A stretch of 62,386 bases of DNA, the filler included, from Sphacelaria rigidula (Eukaryota): the NCBI GenBank assembly GCA_964200075.2. It is 11 parts of 11 records of this genome, joined end to end, with 100 filler letters (N's around TTAATTAATTAA, not from the genome) between each part and the next. Parts side by side here need not be neighbours in the genome. Positions count along the whole stretch, not along the records: positions 34,087 to 39,666 come from CAXNAA020026136.1; positions 39,767 to 45,346 come from CAXNAA020026137.1; positions 45,447 to 51,026 come from CAXNAA020026138.1; positions 51,127 to 56,706 come from CAXNAA020026139.1; 7 more parts are not named here. One strand, given 5' to 3'. The notes under the pieces are model-generated. The model was not told where the DNA came from. It saw only the letters and a list, made by a program, of their open reading frames with translations, and did no database searches. Both the position numbers and the translations under genes were made by a program. Below, one piece after another: positions 38,594 through 52,992 of the stretch; within the stretch, counting starts at the first letter, position 1; each line of letters begins with the position of its first letter.

Positions 38594-40092
38594 GGTGAGC
38601 GCATGCCCGATGCACATACTTTCACGTTATCTCGTCCCGTCAAGACGAACGTGTTTACGTAGCTCTCCACTTCTCCCAGTGAGCTCACAGTAGAGGAAGG
38701 CGATGCTTGCTCAATACGTGCTTTCGTAGCGCGCGAATCGTGTGTTTTCGTGTGGTCGGCGCATCGAGTGATTCCCGAGAGCTGGTAAACACCTTTGACC
38801 GATCTTGAGTGAGAATCAGTGTATTTACAAAGAGTATTCTATTATCGGCACACCTTCTTCCTGCAATTGAATTTCAATCGCCGTGGCTATTGTTCGGGGG
38901 GGGGGCTAACCTTCGAGTGAGGCACGCTCTCAATGCCTGCATTGGTCTTGAAAGCTTTCGTCGAAATTTGAGAGCTGTCGCGAACAAAATGGGAACGTGA
39001 TGGTTTCACGACGAACGCCTGCGCCTGCTTCCTGCATCCCATCGGACTACCTCGTCATAGCACAGCAACGCCCAGCGACCTTCCGCAAGAACAGCAGTGT
39101 CATATATCTCGTGCGGTGCAGTCGTGGTGTGTGCTGTACCCGGGCTTAGAGTGCGCCGAACCACATGAAAAAGGCAGCAGTGCTGATTTTTGTGTGAGCA
39201 TTCCTAACATCGGAAGTGGAAAATCGTATGATCCGGAAAGGACGAACCGGGAAGCTTTTCCGTGAAACGAACGGAAACATGTAAAAACGCGCAAAACGGA
39301 GAAGCAGTAAGATAAGACCTTATCACAGGTCGGAAATGGTACCAGTTATAACTAGCCATTATCATTATAATGGTGATAATGGTAATGGTTACATGAAACT
39401 TTTCGATAATGGTTTCAAGCCATTATTCACCGTTACCGGCTTCATAAACCGTTATCGGCTAGGTATGCTACATACAGGCCTTGAAAATCGGCCCAAATTT
39501 AACATGGTTTTTAGCTCTAGTGAAGCCAGATCGCGTAAAAACGTGCCTCCGGCACGGCGCCTCCAGCGGGATCCTCCCGGGGCGCCTCCGGCGGGGCCCC
39601 CTCTGCCGGGGGGGGGGGGGGGGGCGGTCTCATTTGTTGCTTGCCTTAGTCGTTTGACCATTGCCCNNNNNNNNNNNNNNNNNNNNNNNNNNNNNNNNNN
39701 NNNNNNNNNNTTAATTAATTAANNNNNNNNNNNNNNNNNNNNNNNNNNNNNNNNNNNNNNNNNNNNGTGGTGTGTTCGGCGAGTCGCATGAAGGGTGAGC
39801 TGCATCCTGCTAAGATTGTTCGGCCCGAAGTGGGGGGGGGTGGGGGGGGGGTGATGTGGGAACCACCACATATAAGGGACAAATTCCCGCAAGTGTCTGC
39901 CAAGGAATCACCTTTTCACGGTATAGAAGATATTTTCCACAAGAAAAGAAAATACATGGGAATTATCGACGCTGCTAAACTACCCTCCATCACAGCTCCA
40001 CTCTTCCTTTGCGTTTCCGCGATACCCAGTCAACACCCTCCGCGTACAGTGTGTACTACACGCGGTTGGGGGTTCTTTCCTCGTGCGAATTG

Positions 40093-40262
40093 TCATCGCG
40101 ATGAGCCCCCCGCACAAGGCGGAGACGGCGCTATCGTTTTCCCGCCTTCGGCCTCCCACTGTGCTGGCGTCCTGGTAACGATGGACAGGGCATGAATCTG
40201 ATCCACCAGCTCTTCCTTTAGGGCAGCGTTAACCAGGCGATGCCGAGCAAGTAGAGGTTTCC
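40093..40262 (-). CDS. BOLA1: BolA-family protein (BOLA1-like), last exon
   Basis: After a CAG acceptor: GKPLLARHRLVNAALKEELVDQIHALSIVTRTPAQW...SPPCAGG*. RHRLV and IHAL motifs are present. Upstream exons were not found in this contig. Confidence 0.92.
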
Positions 40263-43200
40263 CTGAACATCGGCACAACCAAAGCGATCGAGCATGCAGT
40301 AAATGTGGCGAAGAAGCAAATACTCAAACTGATGGAAAGCGAGAATGCAAAATCTAAGGAGGCACACTCTCCAACAAACAATAAATACTTCCTCTATCGC
40401 ATATCTTGGGTGACCATATTTCCCCCAACACAGGTGCTGACGATGCTATGGTGGAAAAAAAAAAAAAAAATGACGCAGAAGACACTCTCTGGGGAAAATA
40501 TACGAAGCTGAATTCCCACGCAAAGATCAGGTCAAGATATATCCTATTTTGGTGCTTTTTGTATATTTCTTGCGAGAATTCCATGTAGAGCATACCGAAG
40601 GAGGGGCACGGCAGACAGTGGGAACGTTGGAAAGGGTGGCGAAGTACGCTGAGGAGGCCTTGAAAACGGCTTAGGACTTTTCAGAATAAAGCCCCAGTGA
40701 CAACGAGGACGGCGAACTTTTTGTTTTTCGACGTTATCGAGTCTCGGTGATGGCGGCGAAAACGGCCGTTTTCGGGCCGACTCAAATTGTTTCGGCCGTT
40801 CGGCCGCATGATGGTAATGAACGTGGGTCAGGAGGAAAACAAAGGGGTTCAACTAACAAAACGATGGAAACGATGAAAAAAATCGAAGAATCGAAAAGGT
40901 TGACGGTCTGTACGAACATATGCTACTTCAGCTATGGGACAAAATAAGTATTGATACAAGGGCTTCGGCGGCTTAAGCTGCCACGCTCAAGGCAGCGAGT
41001 TCCAAGATACTGTATTGTACATGACAACTGGCGGTAGTATGCAACATCATCCTGCTACAGTACAGTACAGCACAGCACAGCACAGCACAGCACAGCACAG
41101 TACAGCTCAGCGCCACCCTGTTGATGAAATACGTGCCACAGCTTGTCATGAATAGCTGTACGGCCACGTATTGGTTGCGAGGGGGCCTAAAGAAATGTTC
41201 GTACACAATGGTTGATGGGAGACATCATGGAATGCTACAAACTAACGCTAACACTAGCACTAACCCTAAGCCCAACCCCGGCCCAAGGCGCACGAGACCC
41301 TCGGGCAAGGAGGGTGCATATATTCCCCTGTAGACAAAGTGTGCGTTGGCAGCCCTCAAATCGTTGCCGCAGGCGCCGATTTCGACTGAATAACGTTCTG
41401 GACGAGCTGGATCCACTGCTCACCTGCCCCGAACCATAACTTTCCTGATAAGTTTTCAAGTCTAAAATCAAGTAGTCATCCCGGTCAACCATCGTGTACA
41501 AACATTTCTTTAGGTCTACTGCTAGTTGCAGTGCGTCGTTGAAACACCGCACAGGCACCAACCAGCACGCAATATACACGCCCACACAAAAGCGCACCGA
41601 GCAACCCTTGCTCGTTTCGCAATGGGGGACAGTATTCCCACAAGACAACAGTGCAGGAGGATGGACGGATAGAGCACGTCAGTACAGCCAACGTCTCAGC
41701 CGCATCTTTTATGTCCAAACATCCAGTACATGGTTGATGGTATCTTGACTCGCACAGCACCTAATGAGATCATTCAACTTGCTGTGTACGGCTAAGAAAC
41801 ACGCACACCAGTGCATCAAATTTCAACGCCATATACCGTTGCTGCAAGCGAAAGAGCTACGAGTGGGGTACTGTAGAGACGAAACCACGAGAACAAAAAT
41901 CAGATCATTTGTGAGGCTATGACCACAAACTTAGCCTTGGACAATAGCTGGTAGCAAATCCTAATCGTGTGTGAGGTGACAGCATATGCTACGCCGTTTA
42001 CCGAGAGTTCCAAGTGAGTCCTGTGGACAGTGTTACGCAGAGGACTTTATTTTTTCTTCTTGTAGTCTTTCGAACGCCTCCGCTAAAAACTGTGGATGAT
42101 GGCAAGTATCCCGACTTCGCAAGGACGGTCCGCATATGCTGTGCATGCAGCAGCGGCCCAGACAGCATCGCCCAGGCGGAGGGAGCATGCGCGTGGAGGA
42201 TCAAGGTATGTTGACATCTAGATGGGGTAAAACCTCTCGTAGATTGCAATGACAACAGTGCTCCATGCCAGGAGTTATGGCAGAATCCGTGCCGCCCAGG
42301 GTGAACACCACCCCTCCCCCTGTGAAACCTGACCTCCGGTGTTATGGGAGAGCACTGCGCTTGCGTAACACCACCGACAGAGACACAGAAAACGGTTTGA
42401 GCATCTCCACAAAGCAGCAGTTCCGTTGCAAAATGATTTACTTAAATCAATTCATGTAGCAGATGAAACGAGTTGACGAAAGTTCAGAAGTTTGAATTTT
42501 CCGCACCAGCACATGGGTGCCGCAGATAGCCAGCCCCCTTTCCGTTGTACAAGCTGTTCATCCCAGCACAGTATAGCCCCGCGCAGTACAATACCATACA
42601 CCCCGGCGCAGCACAGACCAGCACAACCGTATGCAACGAAGTGCAGTGCAGCACAGACTACCGTTCAGTCTGTGAGGTGTAATGCTCCAGTATGAACTGC
42701 GCCGGCTGGCAGAAGTAACACTGTGTAGAGTACTATTGTAGAGTCTAGATGGCGGCCGTGACCATGCCATCAAGATTCACGACGTTGCGACATGCGGCCC
42801 TGGGCAATGTGTAAATTCGGGGGGTTGGGTGCTCGATGGAGAAAGGTACCACACGCGCCTGGTGCCCTTTGAGGCGCAACGATCGCATGATGGGAACGTG
42901 CACCCGGGTTCCAACGAACGCTCACGTGGAGGAAGATCAATGGAGTGTACAGAGCGCGGCAGGTGTTGACAAACTCTTTTTTAGAGCGAGGCTCGGCGTC
43001 TTCTGTTCTCTCCGAATCCAACAGAAATGCTCAAGTCTATTTTTTTGTTTGACAAGATGCAAAACGCCGAATGCTGAAGTTTTAAAAATTCATATTTTTC
43101 ACAGGCATATAAGTAGCGGGCATCCAAGGTACCCTCCTATTCGTATCCTCTGCCAAAAGGGACTGCAGGATCAGTACTGTACCGCGCACCAGGGGTGAGC

Positions 43201-44859
43201 ATGCAGTACGTAAACCATTCTTGTTCCGAAAGAAAAAACCGGAACAAAATACAGTGCACTTCTGTAGGAGTTCGATACATATTGTCATTATCCATGGGGT
43301 ATCCCAGTAGAAATCAGTGTTGTCTTCCAGTTCAAGAGAGGAGGCAGCTTCGCTGGTGGGCTGATGTAGCCATGGTGGTTGTGGAGGCAGGTTCTTATTA
43401 TCCTGAGGTGCAGTTCATTGTTGCAGATTTTTACCTGCCGACGCCCTTGCACTTTCCGATTTCTAATTCATATTTTGCCCTTGAGTTCACCGTGAATGCT
43501 CACTAGTAAATTCTTGAACTCACAAAAAAAACTAGCCTGAGATTATTACCTATACAATTTCTGACGTCGGTCGCGCTCTGTAAATATACATAAATTTCGA
43601 GTTGGGAAATTGGACGTTACAACAACACGACACGATGATCGTATGCGGCGACCATGACAGATGATGATGCAGCAAGGGAAACCCCGTTGTCGTTGGACCG
43701 CGCAGCACGAGAACCGCAATGTTGAAGGCACCTGGAATCAAAAGCATTGATGGCAATCCTACCCCACCCACCCCCCGGTTCATTCGTGACCGTAGATGCA
43801 GAAGGTTTCCAAGACTCACACTTGGGATGCTACGTCTGGAGCACTTCTCAGACGCCAATCGGGGCAGTCCAAACGTCAGGTACGGCACCGCAATCGACCC
43901 CGAGGTAAGAGCACCACAACGCACTTGATGCACTAATACCGCGGGAATAACGAGGGCTGAAGATCGCGGGCACCTGACTACATTACACTCGTTCCCGCTG
44001 ATGATTGTGAGATTTGAACGGAATTGAGTATGCATACATTTCGGAATGACATCCTGTCCCATGAACCCGCGACTCCTACGCTCGCAAGATAAAAAAAAGA
44101 CCACACGGCTAACGCGTTGTGCCCATCTATCGTTATTCCGTATCCTCCGGACAGGTTGTGAAGTGCCTGCACCATTCCCAGCGCCATCCCGTCCAAAACA
44201 TGCCACATCCGCGGTTGACAGCGGATCTCGACCGGCACACTCTGAAGGTACAGCACCGGTGGGAAATCTGAGAGACATCGCCGGGGGTCACGCCGACGAA
44301 GTGGGCGCAGTGTGAGAGCGGGTGAGCGCCTCATCATACGGAAAATAGACGGCGACTGTCCTCTTCTCTGCTTCGGAGGCATCAATAGCGTCTACCGATG
44401 GCTCATCTGTAGAAAATCAGGGGTCGGCGGAGGGGTGCAACAACCGTCGGAGTGCAGAGCGTAACAATCTTGAACGTTGATCGGGCGGGGAAGGCGCGAC
44501 ATGTGGAATGTGACTGCTTCGGCGTCCGAAAACAACACCCGGGAGTTATCGCCGTGGAATCCGCCAGAGGTATCGATGGCAATGATGTGACAGAGGCGCC
44601 CCCGCGGACATACGTTGAGGCGGTGAAAGGCGGGGGTCGTGGTGGGGCGGCGCCGGCGCCGAGGATGGTGCCACGCGCGGATGTCGGCGGCGACGCGGGG
44701 GTTCGGACGACTCCCCCTTCGTATCTTGCGTCTTCATCAGGCGGCGAGGGGGGGGGCACAGCGGTGGGATCGCATCTGCAAGATGCGAGGGTCTCCCAGC
44801 GTTCTACCCATGACTCGAAACCCCATCTCATGTGGTGGCGTGATGGCAGGGGGCTTGAC

Positions 44860-45294
44860 TGGCGTATGCATAGCGCAGTTGGACCCGGTATAGGTGAGGG
44901 GGAGATGTCCACAGTCCACTTCGTCAGTCACTCCGGGACCTTATTCGAGAAGCATTTAAAGAAATGGCTTGTCGCTTCCATCGATACTTATCAGTGGATG
45001 CTGGTACTGTTGGCCATGTCGTGCGGGCATATCGAGCCGCAAGGCCCCAACGCGGTCCAAGTAACTGCCAAACGCATTGTTAACGGGGAGGGCCAGTACA
45101 TCCTGGTGAACAGGTTGTACAGCGCGATCGTGACTCTGAGGGACGGGAATGAAAGTGCTTGGCCCCCCGACGGACAGTATGATAGGCTGACGCATCCTGT
45201 CAAGGTGGCGCTGTTCGTTTCCACCCACTTATTGGCCGGCTGTGACGTCCTGCCGCGTGTATCCGGGATTCTTTTCCGACACTTTCTCCGATAG
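44860..45294 (+). pseudogene. XPG/FEN1/XRN-like (PIN-fold) 5' nuclease fragment
   Basis: Motifs in the expected order: GEGEM, WLVASIDTY (cf. S.D.D) and LLAGCDVLP. The upstream sequence is disrupted. Confidence 0.55.
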
Positions 45295-45899
45295 CCCCCC
45301 CCCCACAAGTGCATGGTTTTGGGAGACAAAATCTTCACGTAAATCGNNNNNNNNNNNNNNNNNNNNNNNNNNNNNNNNNNNNNNNNNNNNTTAATTAATT
45401 AANNNNNNNNNNNNNNNNNNNNNNNNNNNNNNNNNNNNNNNNNNNNAGGCGCTGAATGGCCATTTTTTTCGTGATACTTTTAGCTGGTTTTGGGGGGGGG
45501 GCTATCGTAGAAAGTGCCCCACCCGAATTTCAAACACGGTAGCTACAGCCATATCCACGAATGCACAGCCGGAATACGCGGCGCCTGTCGAGTCCACAGT
45601 ACCTGGCGAAAACGCCCCGTTGACATCGAGTACAGTACACTAACCACAGTGCGCGCTGAGGGGCCAAAATTTACCGCAAGGACACAGTAAGTAGCAGGAT
45701 TTATTAATAGTACAATACCCGCCTATATCACAAGGTAGTGCCTGTAGAAATTCGGGGTCCGCGTCAACACTCGTGCACGGCGACGAACCAGGGAAAAGGT
45801 GCGATCATAAATGATACGAAATGTATGGTGCACTACAACCCCCAATGTGGAGACACGGAAATTGTAATATCCAAGACCCGCCTCACGTCAAACGCCAGC

Positions 45900-47050
45900 G
45901 CGAATGCCTCATTCAGGCGCACACGCCATCATATGATGCACACACCCTAATGCATGGGCAAAATTCTCACGTGCCATGGCATCAATGGGTACCCCCGGTT
46001 GTGACACACACACCAACAGACAAATTCGAGGAAACCTCTTCCAGTCGCGGAACTATGGGCGCGTGCTTTGCACATCCACCTGAGACCCAAATAAGCCCTT
46101 GCCTATACGGGTGACAACCATCCCAACATCACCGTCATACATACGCAACAAGGTAGCCTGGTGAGGTGCGGGGCGGCCGGTATTCCACAGTCAGGATATG
46201 CAAGTGTCTTTCCATACCTTTTGAACGCCCCGGCAACGCCGAAACCACCATCGACACGTACATCCAACATACCAGAACATAGGTGAGTCATGGAACCAGG
46301 CATCAGCAGCTCACTGTTGTGGCGATTGCCTTTGCTGCCGCCCCTGAGCGCCACGCGCCACCTCCAGCGGGAACGAGAGCGGTACGACCGGCGAACCGGA
46401 CTTGCAGTGTCCACTATCATTCCAAACAGCACCTGCAAATTCGCCCTGTCGTCCTGGACCTGCAAATTCGTCGTGCCGCGGTAGCGCGCGGCTAGCGCGC
46501 CAGGCTAATCTTATCGTGCAGCCGGTCTGCCTGACGGCACCACGGCCGGACGGCGTAGCTACGCCGGTGCCACATCATCAGATACATGCGACCTGCTGTA
46601 GCCGCTGGTGTAATAGAGCCAGCGCCGGGAGGCCAGTCGGTTCAACACTCCTCGGTTCAGCACGTCCTTCACCAGACGAACCGCCGCGTTGTTCGCGAGC
46701 TGCATCACTATATCGCCAAGCTTTCTACACCACCTTGTGTTTGCCCTGTCCGCCCGCTCCGGCGGCCTGATTTCGTGATTCGGTGATGCCGTCCTGATTT
46801 GGTGACTTGGTGACGCCGCTTGTAAAAATCTCAGACAACATCGATTCGCGATGCTGTCACCAACTGATGGTCGCACCACACCCGTCTCCCGAATCTCATA
46901 AACCTCGACTTCAACCCAGACACCATTATTGTCACTTCATCGTGGATGCACTTGCCCTTGTACCTTACTGCCTCTCCCACACTGAACTGACTCACTTGGT
47001 TCATCACACAGGCAATGTTGCATGTCAATGTGTTTTGAAAGAGCTTCTAG
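45900..47050 (-). mobile_element. Highly degraded Ty1/Copia-like gag-protease remnant
   Basis: A broken knuckle ICRCCLE..GHCKS is followed by MPGSMTHLC (cf. DSG.T.H) and a Gly-rich VDGGFGVAG segment. Many stops. Confidence 0.4.
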
Positions 47051-50000
47051 ATACTGCAACCACTATAAACATCTGGGAAAATTCTTCCCGCTTCTGCACA
47101 AAACATCGATTCTTCCCTAACACAGAATCGAGCCTTTTCGTTGCTCTACTCTACTGACTCCCATCTGCAGAGCGCCTGCCGAGAGCGGGTCACACACGGT
47201 AGCAAGATGTTGTTATGTACCCAAATTCGGAACAGCTATGGAAACAAAACGGTTCGGTTTTTCAAAGTACGTCTACTTGATTGGAATGACTCTTGTTACT
47301 TGAGGAACTGCGGCTTCCCCGTCCCCCCGCCAGGTATGAAAGAAGGACAACAGAGTTTTTGGGAGTGCATGTAATGGCCACGGGGGAACACAGAGCTTAT
47401 CGTGTATGCAAATCCCCGTTTTCCTACCTGCAAACAGTTTTATGCCCGTTGCTTTCTAGTAAGAACGTTACACTGCCGAGTTTTGTTCCGTACTGTACTG
47501 ATGCGCGGATGCCAATGCCAGCAACGTTTGATAGTGCTGTTTGACAGTATCTTCGAACGTTTGATCGAACCCAAAACGGACACTTTCCCTCGGGTAACAA
47601 GAGTCATTTTAATCATGTGGACGCACTTGGAAAAACCGAACCAATTTGTTTCCATAGCTGTTTCGAATTTGGGTGCATAACAACATCTTGTTACCGTGTG
47701 TGACCCGCTCTCGGCAGACGCTCTGCAGACGGGAGTCAGTAGAGGAGAGGAACGAAAGCTCCAGATCGCAGCTGACACACCCCTCTGCACTACGCTAGCA
47801 ATAGATAGGTCACCACCATAGGTATCTTTTTTCACTCCGCATGTCAAGAAGGTCTCAACAAGTGTTTGATCTCTCTCACACACACACCCCAACTGGTCTG
47901 TGGCAGGCTCTTGTGGTCGGGCGCCATGACGGTCAGATATATCAGGGTAAAATCAACGGTGAATAACACCCCTCAAGTTCAAATTGGATCATCTGTTATT
48001 TTTGCCGCAGCGCGCCGTCCTTGCTGGCATGTGTGTGGCAGAGAACAGTAGTAGCGGTGACGGGAACATTGCCCTGTTCTTCAGCGCACAGGGGCGCGTC
48101 CTGTCCAAAACGAGAGGCAGGGAGAAATCGATCTTCGCATTGGTGACCTCCGGAGACAAGAAGAGACGAAATCTCTTCGCAGCTCGATGTTCTCTGGGGA
48201 TACCTACCGGCACGTGAGAAATTCGGTACGTGCTGGTAACATGCATGGTGCCAGTCTCTCGAGCGATGATTGGTGATCGCCCAGCAAGGGCACACAAAGG
48301 ACACGGGCGAGGAGCTTTCTCTCTGTCCTTGCTTCTTCTCTCTCTGGTGATATCGTCATCGACACGCGTGTACACCGGAGTCGTTTGGTTCATTCAGCTA
48401 CAACTGATGATTCATAGTTGCAGAGTTTTGGGGGGAAATATGGTTTCGCTCTGTGTTACTGTTTCGCGTCATCCCTGCAAAAACAAATGCCACTTGAATC
48501 TCATTTTTGAGATGGACCCCATTTTTCAAGATCCGCTGTTACTTCGGAACTGAAACCATTTCATGGTATAAGTGACCGCTTCTCACTCTCCATCGTTCCC
48601 TGGATTGTCAATCTCACAAAACATTGTTGAATGCATCAGTCAAGATGCGGCAACCCGATCGTTTGGGAAGGGGGCTGTCCAACCTACCACCTTTCGTTCT
48701 TGCGTCAACGGAAGGGCTGGCAAGTCGGGTACGTGGTGGTAACCTGATGCCAATCTCTCCAGCGATTAGGAATCGACGAACGAAGTCATACAAAGGGCGC
48801 GGGCGTGGAACTCCCTCTCCGCCATTGCGCCTCCGGTGGCATCGCCATCGACACGCATGTCCTCCTAGCCACACCTGCTTAGCTTTTGACAGAAACAGAC
48901 TATCTAAATGCTCTCGTTTTTCAAACTATTTCGGCAGAAATGTCGAAAATCCAGAGGCAGGTTGAACCCCACCGCGATGTTGAACCTCATTTCGAGGAGA
49001 TGTTCTTAATGGGAAGTATGGCTAGCCCGCGAAGGAGTCCATCTGTAGTCCATGTGTAGGGGACAAGTAATCATTCTGAACAATCACAGCTCTCAAAATA
49101 GTCACTTCGCTTCTCTACGGCCTTGTTCCTCGCTTAGAAGTTTTAGTGGGAAACTCCCAAACTCTCATGGTGGACATATCGAGCTTTTTGGCTGTTCTGT
49201 CAACAGGCCCCCACCCCCTCTTTCGAAAGCCACCGCCCCGCCCCCTGGAAACTTCCGGGTGTCCCTGAAGTCTTGGCCTGTGAAACTGTTCGCAGGCAAA
49301 GACTCGCGGTTCAAGGGTGAAAATAAGTGGATATGAGTATATCAACCATCGTAGCAGTCCCATCGAGACATTCCTCTCATCAGTGTGCCGCTGTACAGTG
49401 GGCAGCTTGTTATGATTACAGGCTGCACATAATGCCATGCGTTACAAGAATGTTCTTCCAACTCATGCAATGAAATGCGAGTGTAGGGTAATAACCCGTC
49501 GCAATTTGAAGGAATCGTATGTCGAAGTTTGCTTGTTTTTGGACCATATTGCCAACCACTAACTCTTCGTGATGTTAACCGTGTGACCGCCAGGGTTAGT
49601 GATGAATGAGGGTCACGTTAAAACGTTTCACGTGAAAATGATGCCGGGTCCACAAACGTCTATAAAGCTCACAAACGTCTATAAAGCTGACAGACTCTCC
49701 ATCAGACGCTAGACTCCCAATCTGGCGAAACTCCTGTTACTTGCAGCTGATAGAACACTTTATCCTCAGTCTTGTGATGCCAGCCAGAAGAAGAACTACT
49801 GGATCACTGCTGTTTAAGGAACTCCCCAGTCTCACTGGCCTCAGTTTCAGTTGACAGCCTTTACAACATTTCATTCTCCGGGGTGCCCTTGTAGGCACAG
49901 TCGCATAGACCCGCATGGTATCATTCCCGTGTCTCCGGTCAAAATCCAGATTATCACTACCAACTCAGCGTAACGGCGTGATTTCGTCACGGCACCCCCA

Positions 50001-51239
50001 AAGCGCGTTGGACGAAATCGAGTAACAAGCTTGACACATAGAGAACGCCAAAACGATGAGCAAGTCACAACTGAATACCAAACTCACGCGCAATGCGAGC
50101 AGCAACGGCACGAGTCAAGCGCTTTTCACGTAATTTCTTCGTGAGAAATTCCGGAGCGGCCTCAGAGATATCCTTTGAAAGACTCCCACTTACGCTCCTC
50201 AACTTCGAAACCAACCCAGTCGACCAACACGATAAAAAAACGATCCCGTTCCTCGGTCAACTGCCCCCCAGCCTCCTGAAAAGCATCCACCGACAAGCTC
50301 ACGCAACTACTGCCCCAAAAAGGCGGGCGTCACCACGCGCGGACTAGGCGGATATATCCGCGTCTTCATGGAGTCCCACAACCGCGCATACGGGTCGACT
50401 CCAAGATCCTGAAGCATCGGCAGCCCCATAAGAACGACGGCATCCGACGCCGGCATAATCACAAGCAAGATCGGAGGCAAGGGCGCCGGCCCCCGGGAAG
50501 TCGTGAAAGCCAGCTAGCTGCAGCGGAGCAGCACGCTCTGTGACGGAAACATGCTGACCCGACGCGGTGACGACCTGCCCGTCCCCAAGTGAAAGCGGAA
50601 TGTGCAGCGGCATACCTGGGAGAAGACGCTCCAACCTCTCTACAATCTGCACCGATAGACTCGTATGACTCGTGAAGTGGGCGCCAGAATCCAACACAGT
50701 CCGAACCGCAATGGCTCCACACTCCCGTTGGTTTGGAAGACACAGCTCCGCAGGAACTTCACTGGCACTTCATCCGCCGACCGATGCACCGCTAATCCCA
50801 CTTGACGCCACGGCTGCGCAAGTTGCGCAGGCGAAGACACCCCGGCAGGTTCAAACAGCACCGCCGGCGGGCACGACCCCCAGCCAGCAGACCAAGAATT
50901 TGGCGAAACTCCGACCAGCGCATCAGCAGGCGTCGCGCCTGGCGCTGCTGCCGGCGTCACCACCGGCGCGGCGTAGTGTTCGATACTGTAGGAGTCGGTC
51001 CCACCTGCACCGCCCGTTGCGAAGCANNNNNNNNNNNNNNNNNNNNNNNNNNNNNNNNNNNNNNNNNNNNTTAATTAATTAANNNNNNNNNNNNNNNNNN
51101 NNNNNNNNNNNNNNNNNNNNNNNNNNCCTACCTCGTTGAAGGTGGGCGCCGAGTCGGGGCTGGGTCAAGCGGGGGGGGGGGGGGGGGGGGGGCTCAAAAA
51201 TCGGAACATTATTTTGCAGACCACTTGCCTGCCCAGGTT

Positions 51240-52300
51240 TGGTACTTGTGCTTTGAAATCTTGTGCGGGACCTCGCTAGGGCATGATGAACAAAAAAATA
51301 GCATAGATTAATTTTTTTTTCGCATAAGTGAAGGCCGTTTTAGCATAGTAAAGGCCAATTTTCCACGAGACCATCCTTGGCTAACCGAAAGAAATGAAGG
51401 CCCACTTACTTTTGTTTTTAGCATACCTCTGGGATTCATTGTGCCAAGTTCCGGATCACATTTCTAAAATTTGAGCCGGTGACGTGGATAAATAAGTGCC
51501 AAAACAAGGTCCATTTTCCCTTTAAAAGCCCATGAAACACGGGGGGAAAAAAAAAAAACTCGAGCAGATTTTTCCCTTTATTATGCCCTAGCAATTCTCC
51601 GTACCAAATTCCAAGGCACAACTTTCAAAAACCGAGACGCGAAATCCAGATTCAGTGCATTTAGTGCCACTGCTCGGAACATATTGACTTGAGTATAGAA
51701 TATTATGTGCGCCATATCTCGAGATCGATAACGAACTAGGTGAAGGTGAGCGCATCGATCATCATCCGCTGTATGTATCGTTCGGGATTTCACATGGGCT
51801 TCAGTGTGGCGACGCGTCTCGACGAGAGCTTTCACGTGATACCCAGTTTGTCCGGATCGGAGTCGTTGGCGGCGAGTTAGGCCCGTTTGAGTGTTTCGGT
51901 CACTGTCCGGTACGAAAGAGCGCCTGTACTGTAGCCAAGTGATTAGTTACGTCACTCTAAGCTCAAGTAACGTGTCCGGGGGGTCGATATGTTCGCGTGA
52001 GTCGACCCGCGCCCAGCTGGTGGACCCCATCTCCGTACGATGTAGGAGTTATTAGGCATGACGTTTAGTCAACGCGATAAAAAATGGCCCAGACTTTTGA
52101 GCAGACGGGCATCCTCCCCTCTTCTGGGACAATGAATACGACATGCAGATCACGGCCCAACTCGTCTGTTTCGATGACATATTGCTTCGAGAGCTTAAAC
52201 CCGTTTCTAGCCTGGACCAGCTCGTGCTTGATCGCTACGACGAAAACCTCGTGTCTATCCTGCCTTCACTTCTCCGCTGCCAAACCTGGGCCTGAAAGTG
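51240..52300 (-). mobile_element. Second copy of the unassigned decayed-ORF repeat family
   Basis: Colinear peptide and nucleotide similarity to 18900-19560 (+). Confidence 0.7.
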
Positions 52301-52657
52301 AGCTAGCTCTCAAAGTGTGTGGAAGATACTGTACATGCTTGCGCCACAAATTGCACTTGGTTCTGGCCATTCGCACAAACGGAGAATTCCACGACCCTCT
52401 TTGATCCAGCTCGATCTCAGCCCAGAAATCAAACCAGAACTAGTCCCAAGCAGCAGACTTTACATCTCACATGTGCTCAGCACATGTTCCGAGAGCGTAG
52501 TCTTGACTTTACGCGCTGATGAAGATAAAACACGCAAAAAGTAGTGCGCTGCAAAGCTCATGTGTATATCCGTCGGCAGCGAGTGTACCAGCCAGGTATA
52601 CCCGATTTTGTCACATATCCGGAAACAAGTCCGTGCGTGCACACCACAGCAACATAC

Positions 52658-52840
52658 CTGGCTCTTGGCTCCTTCCGCTAGCCGAGAAGACCCGAAGTCT
52701 ACGATGAACACCTCTTGTTCCTTGTACGGTTTCTTGCCCGTGTCAATCTCATGTTGCGTACGCCCCAGAACGATGTTACTGGGGTGGATGTCCAAGTGGT
52801 ATACCCCAATCGAGTGCATGAACTCCACCTTCCTGCACAC
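52658..52840 (-). CDS. Divergent protein kinase, catalytic-loop exon
   Basis: AG/GT-bounded phase-0 exon encoding VEFMHSIGVYHLDIHPSNIVL...FIVDFGSS (HxDxxxxN and DFG). Confidence 0.85.
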
Positions 52841-52992
52841 CTGGACAGGCGAGTGTCAACGGGTGGCAGCATGCATGACTCGCGCATGAATCGATTCCTC
52901 TGGCATGTGTAACGACCGACTGGGCAATACAGCAAGCACGAGTGACTCACACACGTAGGCACACGATGCACCTATATGGATGCTAATCTCAC

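Noticed and set aside
49361..49385. Hammerhead ribozyme-like CTGATGAG-stem on the minus strand
   Set aside because: The stem is followed by GATG rather than GAAA, and stems I and III are not evident.
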